64,000 nucleotides of DNA from Bacteroidales bacterium (lineage in GTDB: Bacteria > Bacteroidota > Bacteroidia > Bacteroidales > UBA7960): NCBI GenBank assembly GCA_003556325.1, contig PWRF01000346.1, positions 5,520-69,519 of the forward strand, written 5' to 3'. The position numbers were made by a program, and so were the translations under genes. Below, piece after piece: positions 45,710 to 53,598 of the stretch (position 1 is its first letter; every line of letters starts with the position of its first letter). The notes beneath the pieces are model-generated. The model was not told the origin of the DNA, ran no database searches, and was given only the letters and a program-made list of their open reading frames with translations.

Positions 45710-46944
45710 TGAAGCGGATGATTGTATTTTTTGTGATGGTGTCTTGCAGCGTGCATTTTCCTGTTATTGCTGATAATGATACGTTGCCGGGAGAGGAACA
45801 GGGGTTTTCTGTGAGCTTTCGTGGCTTTGTGAAGACGGATTACTGGATTGACAGCCGCACGGTGGTGGCGGCTCGCGAGGATCTGTTTTTGCTGTATCCG
45901 GCAGGTAAGAAGTTGGATGACAACGGCGTCGACATATACGGAGATCCCGTTTTCAATTTTTCGGCCATCACATCCCGGGTGGCTGGCCATTTTACCGGCC
46001 CTGATGCCTTTGGCGCAAGGGTAAGCGGGATGATAGAAGCGGACTTTTCCGGTGTTACCGATGCCGACATTAACGGTTTTCGCCTCAGGCACGCTTATCT
46101 GAACCTGTCATGGGAACGCTGGGACCTGCTTCTGGGGCAATGGTGGCATCCTCTTTTTTCCCCGGCAGTGGTCCCTGCCGTGGTGTCATTGAATACAGGG
46201 GCGCCTTTTCAGCCCTTTATCCGGAATCCGCAGGCAAGCCTTACCTATCACCATGCCAACTCCAGCTGGTTGCTTTCTTTCATCGGTCAGCGCGACAACT
46301 CCAGTGATGGCCCGCAGGGTGTCTCGCCCAACTACCTGCGAACAGCTGTAATGCCGAACGTGCATTTCCAATGGAGCCGGAAAGCCGGGAACGTCAGCAA
46401 GGGGCTGGCTGCCGACTATAAAACCATCAGGCCGAGGTTGGTAACAGAATCCAACCTGTATACCGACAACAACATCTCCACCTTTGCACTGATGGCTTAT
46501 GGCCGCGTTACCGGCAGCAACTGGGATGTTAAAGCGAAAACAATATACGGCCAGAACCTCAGCGAGCATCTTATGCTCGGAGGCTATGCCGAAACCAGGA
46601 TCGATGACGAAGGATTCGTTTCGTATACACCGCTGAATCACCTCTCCTCATGGGCTAATGTGTTATATGGCGACCGTGTAATGGCCGGTATATTTTTAGG
46701 ATATGCCCATAACTTCGGCGCTGATGAACAAATTGCAGGCGAATCATATGGTCGCGGCGAAGAGATCGCCTATGTTTATCGCCTTGCCCCGTCGCTGCGC
46801 TTTTCCTCGGGCAACATTGAACTGTGCGCCGAGCTGGAATATACTGCAGCTGCCTACGGTGAACCTGACAATAAAGGACGTGTAAAACACCACGAAGAAG
46901 TCGCCAACACCAGGTTGCTTTTCACCGCTTTCTACTATTTCTGA
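45709..46944 (+). CDS. putative outer-membrane beta-barrel porin
   Basis: Signal peptide MKRMIVFFVMVSCSVHFPVIA, alternating beta-strand-like pattern, and a C-terminal aromatic ending ..LLFTAFYYF. Confidence 0.6.
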   Translation: MKRMIVFFVMVSCSVHFPVIADNDTLPGEEQGFSVSFRGFVKTDYWIDSRTVVAAREDLFLLYPAGKKLDDNGVDIYGDPVFNFSAITSRVAGHFTGPDAFGARVSGMIEADFSGVTDADINGFRLRHAYLNLSWERWDLLLGQWWHPLFSPAVVPAVVSLNTGAPFQPFIRNPQASLTYHHANSSWLLSFIGQRDNSSDGPQGVSPNYLRTAVMPNVHFQWSRKAGNVSKGLAADYKTIRPRLVTESNLYTDNNISTFALMAYGRVTGSNWDVKAKTIYGQNLSEHLMLGGYAETRIDDEGFVSYTPLNHLSSWANVLYGDRVMAGIFLGYAHNFGADEQIAGESYGRGEEIAYVYRLAPSLRFSSGNIELCAELEYTAAAYGEPDNKGRVKHHEEVANTRLLFTAFYYF

Positions 46945-47175
46945 TACAGGATATGATTTCCCGAACCCCGACATGCAAAATGCCAGCAGTAAAAGCTGTA
47001 AATCAATAGGTACAGCCTTATGAAAAATACCTGGCCCTTTATTCTCCCGGTCTTCCATCACCGTTCATTTCCCTTCCTGCGTATTGGAAACCTCCCGTAT
47101 TTTTTTGGAAATACCCTCTATTATTCCTACCTTTAACATAACAATAGCCTGCTTGCTAAATGTGCTTTTTTACCT

Positions 47176-47265
47176 CAGGCCATCTGATTCGTTGCGAAAG
47201 CCTTGAAACAGAATCTCGAAACAGAATACTATGCCGGCGGCTTTCGACGCCTCGCAACCGGCCTG
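47176..47265 (+). promoter_or_regulatory. three-segment stem-loop in the 5' region of the USP gene (candidate structured leader)
   Basis: Pairs caggcc 47176-81 / ggcctg 47260-65, gttgcg 47191-96 / cgcaac 47253-58, and aaagcc 47197-202 / ggcttt 47239-44. The loop carries gaaacagaat twice. Confidence 0.3.
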
Positions 47266-47322
47266 AAATAAGAACATGAACAATGCAGGTCAGAAGTGCA
47301 TAAACCCTAAACCCACACTACG

Positions 47323-48432
47323 ATGGAAGACAAATTGATTACCCTGGCAACAGATCATTACACAGCTGCGGAAGTTTTGAAGGCGCGGCTCGAATCTGCC
47401 GGAATAAAGTGCTTTTTGCGAAACGTTCACCTCATACAGGGAGCGGGCTCAGAAGGTGTGAAAGTCCTTATACATGAAGATGACCTCCAGATGGCACTGC
47501 GATTAATGAACGAATGGAAGGTTGAGCAGGAAAAGATGGAGATGAAGAATCCCCGCGAAGTGCGGCGCATTTTGGTACCCGTTGATTTCTCGGATTACTC
47601 AAAAAATGCCTGCCGGTATGCATTAAACCTGGCAAAAAAACTAAAAGCCGATATCAAGATCCTGCATGTGTATTATGCACCTATTGTTGACCTGGTCCCT
47701 ATCACTGATGCCTACAGCATCCAGGTGGATATGGATATCAATCTCCGTGAGATGGAGAGCAATGCCAGGAAAGGCCTTCTGCAATTCGTAAGCGAGATCA
47801 GAAAGGAAGCAGCCGGCAAAGGAATGGGAGATGTCAGGATCGGCTATTCTTTGCGGGAAGGGATCACAGAGGACGAGATCGCAAAGATGGCGGAAGATTA
47901 CAAACCCGGAATTATTGTTCTGGGGACAAAAGGCAAAGGTGAGAAACAGAGTGATATCATCGGAAGCGTTGTTTACCGTGTGCTTGACAGAACGAGGGTT
48001 CCTGTCCTGGCCATCCCGGAGCAGTCTGCCTACGATGCATCCAAGGAGGTAAAAAACGTTGCCTATGCCACCGAGTTTGACGATTCGGATTATGTTGCCA
48101 TACGGCGGTTGCTATCCATTCTCTCCGAGTTTGAAGTTAAGCTGCACTGCATCCATATGTCAAAAACGCCCGCCAAAGACATGAATGAGGCCAGGATGGA
48201 CACTCTTAAAAAGTATTTTGCGAAAGTACACAGAGGCATAGAAGTTGAATGCCACCTTCTGGAGAGCGATGATACTATCAAGGAGCTGGAGTCGTTTGTC
48301 GAAAAGAAGGGTATAGACCTGTTTTCGATGGTTAACAGGAAGCGAAGTTTGCTTGCCAGGCTTTTTAACCCTGATATCACACGCAAGCTGATCTACCAGA
48401 GCACTACACCTTTGTTGATATTCAGGGCATAA
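47323..48432 (+). CDS. DUF2007-like N-terminal domain fused to tandem universal stress protein (UspA) domains
   Basis: The N-terminal approx. 65 aa resemble the small 'putative signal transducing' fold. Two Usp modules follow (RRILVPVDFSDYSKNA.. and VAYATEFDDSDYVA..). Confidence 0.7.
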   Translation: MEDKLITLATDHYTAAEVLKARLESAGIKCFLRNVHLIQGAGSEGVKVLIHEDDLQMALRLMNEWKVEQEKMEMKNPREVRRILVPVDFSDYSKNACRYALNLAKKLKADIKILHVYYAPIVDLVPITDAYSIQVDMDINLREMESNARKGLLQFVSEIRKEAAGKGMGDVRIGYSLREGITEDEIAKMAEDYKPGIIVLGTKGKGEKQSDIIGSVVYRVLDRTRVPVLAIPEQSAYDASKEVKNVAYATEFDDSDYVAIRRLLSILSEFEVKLHCIHMSKTPAKDMNEARMDTLKKYFAKVHRGIEVECHLLESDDTIKELESFVEKKGIDLFSMVNRKRSLLARLFNPDITRKLIYQSTTPLLIFRA

Positions 48433-48449
48433 ACTTACCGGGAAGTCTG

Positions 48450-49406
48450 TTACTTAATGGTCAGGCTGTGGTTTATCCAGTCGAGGAGGTAATCGTACAC
48501 CTCCTCTTTGTTCTTTTCGTGCAGCAATTCATGCCTCCCTGAAAAAATTTTCAGGGATAGGTGTTGGAAATTCTGCTGGAAATAATTTTTATGCAATTTT
48601 ACTGCGTCCTTTCCGAAGCGGCCCACCGGGTCTTCTTTCCCGGACATGATCAGCACGGGTAGTGTTTTCCGGTATGTAATCAATGATTCCGCCCTTGCGG
48701 TAGCCAGTACACCCTTTATTATCTCTTTGAAAAATCCATTTGACAGGTAAAAGCCACAATATGGATCCTTTGCATATGTGTTCACCTCCTGCCTGTCCGA
48801 AGAGATCCATTCGTACATGGTTGGCCTGGGTTTAAAATGCCTGTTGAAATTCCAGTAGAACAGTTTGTTGAACCATGCGCTTTTGTTTTCGGCACCCTCC
48901 ATTATCGACTTTAGGCGAAGCAAGTTCAGCAACGGCAGCAAAAGGGCCCTGTTCATCACGAAAGTGCCTGAAAGAATAAGTCCTTTGATGTAAACAGGAT
49001 ACACTGCTGTGAAGTGTCTTGCCAGCACGGAACCCATAGAGTGCCCGAATAAAAAAACGGGTGCTTCGGGATGTTCTTTGCGTATGTAGGTATATAATGC
49101 CCTGACATTTTCCAGCATGCTCTGCCAGCCTCTCTGACGCGAAATGATGCCCGTGTTTTTCAGGTCTTGTGCTGTTTTGCCCTGACCCGGATGGTCGCCA
49201 ATATACACGCTGTATGCATTTTCTGCAAGGAAGGTGGCAAATTCTTCGTATCTGCCCGCGTGTTCAGCCATTCCTGGGATGATCAAAACCATTCCTTTGG
49301 CTTTGGCGTCTGCCGGAACATAACCGTTCACATGAAAGCGGTGATCTGACGGGCTGCTCAGGAAAAAACTCTTCGTGCTGACGGATTGGCTTTTCATTTT
49401 ACTCAT
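48450..49406 (-). CDS. alpha/beta hydrolase (lysophospholipase / monoacylglycerol lipase-like)
   Basis: Nucleophile elbow GHSMGS and an HPGQGKT region. The ATG at 49406 is preferred; the track start at 49442 is TTG. Confidence 0.75.
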   Translation of the reverse strand: MSKMKSQSVSTKSFFLSSPSDHRFHVNGYVPADAKAKGMVLIIPGMAEHAGRYEEFATFLAENAYSVYIGDHPGQGKTAQDLKNTGIISRQRGWQSMLENVRALYTYIRKEHPEAPVFLFGHSMGSVLARHFTAVYPVYIKGLILSGTFVMNRALLLPLLNLLRLKSIMEGAENKSAWFNKLFYWNFNRHFKPRPTMYEWISSDRQEVNTYAKDPYCGFYLSNGFFKEIIKGVLATARAESLITYRKTLPVLIMSGKEDPVGRFGKDAVKLHKNYFQQNFQHLSLKIFSGRHELLHEKNKEEVYDYLLDWINHSLTIK

Positions 49407-49454
49407 TTTTACGACCTTTGTGCCCGGAAAAGACAGATCCAAAAATAAACATTT

Positions 49455-49871
49455 ATGGGGATGCAGAAAGAAAAACCCAATTTTGGAAAAAAGCTAAACC
49501 CTGTTCAGCGTTTTCTTTTTACCCTGGCGGGATTGGCGAGTTTTGGCCTGGGTTTTCTGGGTGTTTTTGTGCCCTTGCTGCCCACTGTTCCGTTTATGTT
49601 ATTGTCGGCCTTCTGTTTTGCAAAATCTTCAGAGCGATATTACAACTGGCTTATCACTCACCGGTATTTTGGCGAACACATACTTAACTATCGCGATCAC
49701 CATGCGGTAACAGCGGCGGTTAAAAGAGGAACGATAGCTTTGCTTTGGATCAGTATAGGGATTACGGCGATTTTTGCGATCAACAATTTATGGATTCGTC
49801 TGATGTTGCTGGTTATCGCCATCAGTGTGACCGTTCACGTGGCCTCCTTAAATACCATCAGCAAAAAATGA
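49455..49871 (+). CDS. YbaN/DUF454 family inner-membrane protein
   Basis: 138 aa with the motif LPTVPFMLLSAFCFAKSSERYYNWL. Confidence 0.7.
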   Translation: MGMQKEKPNFGKKLNPVQRFLFTLAGLASFGLGFLGVFVPLLPTVPFMLLSAFCFAKSSERYYNWLITHRYFGEHILNYRDHHAVTAAVKRGTIALLWISIGITAIFAINNLWIRLMLLVIAISVTVHVASLNTISKK

Positions 49872-49872
49872 A

Positions 49873-49896
49873 GGGCCTCGCTTTGCAGGGAGGCCC
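49873..49896. terminator. GC-rich hairpin between convergent genes (bidirectional terminator candidate)
   Basis: Stem gggcctc (49873-79) / gaggccc (49890-96) with a 10-nt loop. No strong T run. Confidence 0.4.
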
Positions 49897-49931
49897 AGAA
49901 TGCTATTCATTATTTTGACGAACAAACCGTC

Positions 49932-50423
49932 TTATTGGGGTTTAACATAACCCTGGGTAACTTCCTCAGGGGTAGGCTCCCGGCGGCGTATCACTTTTCC
50001 CCTAAAGTGAAGATCCATGCCTGCCAGGGGGTGGTTGAAGTCCATCTTGACCTTTTCGTCACCGATTTCCATCACTTTCCCCCTGTGAGGGTTCCCCTCC
50101 TGATCTTCCATGTTGATGATATTTCCTTCTATGAGAAGGTCATCTGCGAGCTTGCCATCAATCACAAAAATGCTTTTGGGCAGGTCTACAATGGCCTTCT
50201 CGTTCACCTGCCCATAAGCCTTGTCGGCTTTTATGGTGAACTCAAACGTTTCTCCCTCCTTAAGGTTTTTAACATTCTCTTCGAAGCTCTGATTCAAGCG
50301 GCCCACACCAAACAGGAATTCAATAGGCTGGTCTTCCTTGACAGTTTCCAGCAAGTTTCCTTCGGGGCCTCCTTCGCGCAACTCATAAGTGAGTGCAATT
50401 ACTTTGGCATCAGATTGCGTCAT
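49932..50423 (-). CDS. FKBP-type peptidyl-prolyl cis-trans isomerase (SlyD-like)
   Basis: Motifs FLFGVGRLNQSFEENV and DFNHPLAGMDLHFRGKV. ATG at 50423 (MTQSDAK). Confidence 0.8.
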   Translation of the reverse strand: MTQSDAKVIALTYELREGGPEGNLLETVKEDQPIEFLFGVGRLNQSFEENVKNLKEGETFEFTIKADKAYGQVNEKAIVDLPKSIFVIDGKLADDLLIEGNIINMEDQEGNPHRGKVMEIGDEKVKMDFNHPLAGMDLHFRGKVIRRREPTPEEVTQGYVKPQ

Positions 50424-50693
50424 AATATACAATTGTTGGTTTGAAATTTGAACGGACAATTCCCTTAAAGGGAAGCCCGAATCGGGTTTTATTTGTATTG
50501 CGAAGGTATAAAAAATGAGATAAATCGCAAAAAATCAAGGGGTTTTATTTGTTTTGGCCTTATTAAATGCGCGGGTGTGAGCAGGTGTTATCCAGTGCTG
50601 ACAGGCAAACGGGCATATGGCTGAAGGCTTGGCGAGCATCCTCTTACTATAGAATATTACTGTCTAAAAAATTGTATTGTCAGAAAAAAGTTG

Positions 50694-50701
50694 TATTTTT
50701 G
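50694..50701 (+). promoter_or_regulatory. TAnnTTTG box upstream of rpmG
   Basis: tatttttg lies 32 nt upstream of the rpmG ATG, with a TTG about 20 nt further upstream. Confidence 0.4.
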
Positions 50702-50732
50702 CGCTCCTGAAAAACATCAAATACCGACAATC

Positions 50733-50921
50733 ATGGCAAAGAAATCGAAAGAAGCTCGTCACCAGGTAATCCTGGAATGTACTGAGCACAAAAACAGTGG
50801 GATGCCGGGGACGTCAAGATATGTTACCACAAAGAACAAAAAGAACACACCTGAACGCCTCGAAGTTAAAAAATACAATCCCATCTTACGAAAAATGACC
50901 ATTCATAAGGAAATAAAGTAA
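50733..50921 (+). CDS. rpmG: 50S ribosomal protein L33
   Basis: [62 protein letters not shown]. Confidence 0.9.
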   Translation: MAKKSKEARHQVILECTEHKNSGMPGTSRYVTTKNKKNTPERLEVKKYNPILRKMTIHKEIK

Positions 50922-50933
50922 ATCTGAATCATT

Positions 50934-51092
50934 ATGGCAAAGAAAGTAGTTGCAACGCTAAAGACAGGAAGTGGCAAGGGGTTTGCCAAAGTCATCCGGA
51001 TGCAAAAATCTGAAAAGTCGGGTGCATACGCTTTTGAAGAAGACATTGTTTCTGCGGAAAAAGTAAAAGAGTATTTTGCACAGAAGAAATAA
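50934..51092 (+). CDS. DUF4295-like small protein (52 aa; below the ORF-track cut-off)
   Basis: Translated by hand: MAKKVVATLKTGSGKGFAKVIRMQKSEKSGAYAFEEDIVSAEKVKEYFAQKK. It lies between rpmG and ftsY, as in other Bacteroidota. Confidence 0.6.
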   Translation: MAKKVVATLKTGSGKGFAKVIRMQKSEKSGAYAFEEDIVSAEKVKEYFAQKK

Positions 51093-51250
51093 TTGTTTGT
51101 TCAGGTTTTTCCCAGCGCACCTGCCGGGCTGATCGATATCTGCCTGGCAAAATGGTAGTTGCAGGGATAACAGGGAGCTTTTCAGATCTGTTCCAACACG
51201 CTTGGTGCAGGTCTGTTTTTTTTGCGGTACCATAAAAAAATCTGTCTATC

Positions 51251-52201
51251 ATGGGTTTGTTTGACATGTTCTCCAGGAACAAGGAAGAAAAGCTGGATAA
51301 GGGATTATCCAAAACCAGGAACACCTTTTTTTCAAAACTCTCCAAGGCGGTTGCCGGCCGCTCGAAGGTTGACGATGAGGTGTTGGATGACCTCGAAGAA
51401 GTGCTCGTTGGGTCGGATGTGGGGGTGTCCACAACCATCAAGATCATTGAAAGGATTGAAGAGAGGGTGGCAAGGGACAAATACCTCGGCACGGATGAGT
51501 TGAACAGGATATTGCGTGAAGAGGTTACTGCACTCTTATGCGAAAATGAATCGTCCGACTTTTCCGAAATATTGTCTGAAAGCCGGGAACGTCCTTATGT
51601 GATCATGGTGGTGGGTGTTAACGGTGTTGGAAAGACCACTACGATAGGCAAGCTGGCACATCAGTTTAAAAGCGCCGGGAAGAAGGTTGTGCTCGGGGCT
51701 TCAGACACTTTCCGTGCTGCGGCGGTCGACCAGCTGACCATCTGGGCAGAGCGTGCCGGGGTTGAGCTTGTCAGCCAGGGCATGGGCGCAGATCCTGCGT
51801 CTGTATCCTATGAAACCCTTGAGTATGCAAAACGGGAGAATATGGATGTGGCCATTCTTGACACGGCCGGACGATTGCACAATAAGGTCAACCTTATGAA
51901 CGAGCTGGGCAAGATCAAAAGGGTAATGAAAAAAGTCATTCCCGGCGCGCCCCACGAGATCCTGCTGGTGCTTGACGGGTCTACCGGCCAGAACGCCTTC
52001 GAGCAGGCCAAACAGTTTACCGCCGTTACTGAAGTAAATGCTTTGGCCATTACCAAGCTGGATGGCACGGCGAAAGGGGGCGTAGTTATTGGTGTTAGTG
52101 ACCAGTTCAGCGTACCTGTCAAATATATTGGTGTAGGCGAGAAGATCGACGATTTGCAGATTTTTGACAGGGAAGCATTCGTTGAGAAACTCTTCCAGTA
52201 G
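51251..52201 (+). CDS. ftsY: signal recognition particle receptor FtsY
   Basis: Motifs [22 protein letters not shown] and [10 protein letters not shown]. Confidence 0.9.
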   Translation: MGLFDMFSRNKEEKLDKGLSKTRNTFFSKLSKAVAGRSKVDDEVLDDLEEVLVGSDVGVSTTIKIIERIEERVARDKYLGTDELNRILREEVTALLCENESSDFSEILSESRERPYVIMVVGVNGVGKTTTIGKLAHQFKSAGKKVVLGASDTFRAAAVDQLTIWAERAGVELVSQGMGADPASVSYETLEYAKRENMDVAILDTAGRLHNKVNLMNELGKIKRVMKKVIPGAPHEILLVLDGSTGQNAFEQAKQFTAVTEVNALAITKLDGTAKGGVVIGVSDQFSVPVKYIGVGEKIDDLQIFDREAFVEKLFQ

Positions 52202-52242
52202 CATGAGCAGATGCATTTGATAGCAGAATAATTTTCCTGATC

Positions 52243-53538
52243 GTGGCAAACAAAACTTCCGTTAATATCATAACCCTCGGGTGCTCCAAGAATGTGGTTG
52301 ATTCTGAAAAAATAATGGGTCAGCTTTCTCCGCACCGGTTCAGCATATCGCACGAAAGCAATGAGCCTTCTGACATAGTTATCATCAACACCTGCGGTTT
52401 CATAAAGGATGCCAAAGAAGAAAGTATAGATGCCATTATCCGGCTTGTTGAGGCCCGCAAGCAGGGATTGGTCAAAGACGTTATAGTTACCGGATGTTTG
52501 TCGGAACGCTATCGTGAGGAATTGAGCAGGGAGATCCCCGAGGTGGCTGCCTGGTTTGGCGCACGCGATCCCGGTGAGCTTCTCGAATGGTTTCATCAGA
52601 AGTACGATGCCCGTAATCCTGAGCGATTGCTATCCACACCCGGCCATTACGCCTACCTTAAGATCTCGGAGGGATGTGACCGCACCTGTTCGTTTTGCGC
52701 GATACCCGCCATACGTGGCAAGCACCGGTCTGTACCGGTTGACCGCCTTGTAGATGAAGCCGGGATGCTGGCCGGGCGAGGAGTTAAAGAGCTTGTTTTG
52801 ATAGCCCAGGATTTGAGTTATTACGGCATTGACCTGGCCGGCCGTTCGCAACTGGCCGGACTGCTCAGGACTCTCTGCGAAGTGGAAGGTATACGATGGA
52901 TACGCCTGCATTATGCTTATCCCAATAATTTCCCAATGGAAGTGCTGGACGTCATGCGCGAATCCTCAAAAATATGCAACTACCTCGATATCCCCCTGCA
53001 GCATATCAACGAGGAAATCCTCAGGTCGATGCGACGCGGGCATGGGAAACATGAAACGGAGATGCTGGTGCAACGGATCAGGGAAACAGTTCCCGGTATT
53101 GCCCTGCGCACGACGCTGATGCTGGGTTATCCGGGAGAAACGGAAGAGGCATTCCGGGAACTCATGGAATTTGTATCCCTTGCCCGTTTTGAGCGTCTTG
53201 GCGTTTTTACCTATTCCCCTGAGGAGGGAACAAAGGCCTGGGAGCTGGGAGACCCCGTGCCCGAATCCGTAAAACAGAAGCGGTCAGATGCTCTCATGGA
53301 AAAGCAGGCCGAAATATCCATGGAACATAACTCCCGCAAAATCGGGAAGGTAATGCAAGCAGTTATCGACAGGGAAGAGGACGATTACTATATCGGTCGC
53401 ACAGAGTTTGATTCCCCGGAAGTTGATAACGAGGTCTTTATTGAAAAATCCCGTCCGCTTTTTCCCGGTCAATTTGTTTCGGCAACGGTTACGGATGCCG
53501 CGGCGTTCGAATTGTTTGCCAGGCCACACGGCAAATAA
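52243..53538 (+). CDS. rimO: ribosomal protein S12 methylthiotransferase RimO
   Basis: GTG start. It has an MTTase N-domain, the radical-SAM motif CDRTCSFCAIP, and a C-terminal TRAM domain. Confidence 0.9.
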   Translation: MANKTSVNIITLGCSKNVVDSEKIMGQLSPHRFSISHESNEPSDIVIINTCGFIKDAKEESIDAIIRLVEARKQGLVKDVIVTGCLSERYREELSREIPEVAAWFGARDPGELLEWFHQKYDARNPERLLSTPGHYAYLKISEGCDRTCSFCAIPAIRGKHRSVPVDRLVDEAGMLAGRGVKELVLIAQDLSYYGIDLAGRSQLAGLLRTLCEVEGIRWIRLHYAYPNNFPMEVLDVMRESSKICNYLDIPLQHINEEILRSMRRGHGKHETEMLVQRIRETVPGIALRTTLMLGYPGETEEAFRELMEFVSLARFERLGVFTYSPEEGTKAWELGDPVPESVKQKRSDALMEKQAEISMEHNSRKIGKVMQAVIDREEDDYYIGRTEFDSPEVDNEVFIEKSRPLFPGQFVSATVTDAAAFELFARPHGK

Positions 53539-53547
53539 TGTCCTGAC

Positions 53548-53577
53548 TTCCCGGTAAGCTCAGCTCCGGGAATTTTT
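53548..53577 (+). terminator. rho-independent terminator of rimO
   Basis: Stem ttcccgg (53548-54) / ccgggaa (53566-72), 11-nt loop, then ttttt at 53573-77. Confidence 0.55.
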
Positions 53578-53598
53578 GCCGGGTCCAGGGGCCGGAAG

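Noticed and set aside
50460-50732. Expected rpmB (L28) upstream of rpmG, as in many Bacteroidota.
   Set aside because: No L28-like ORF is present in any frame. The region holds only a short duplicated gggttttatttgt motif and a palindrome (ttcccttaaagggaa), so rpmB is presumably elsewhere.
51701-52596. 182-aa and 262-aa minus-strand ORFs opposite ftsY and rimO.
   Set aside because: Shadow ORFs. ftsY and rimO carry unambiguous catalytic motifs on the plus strand.
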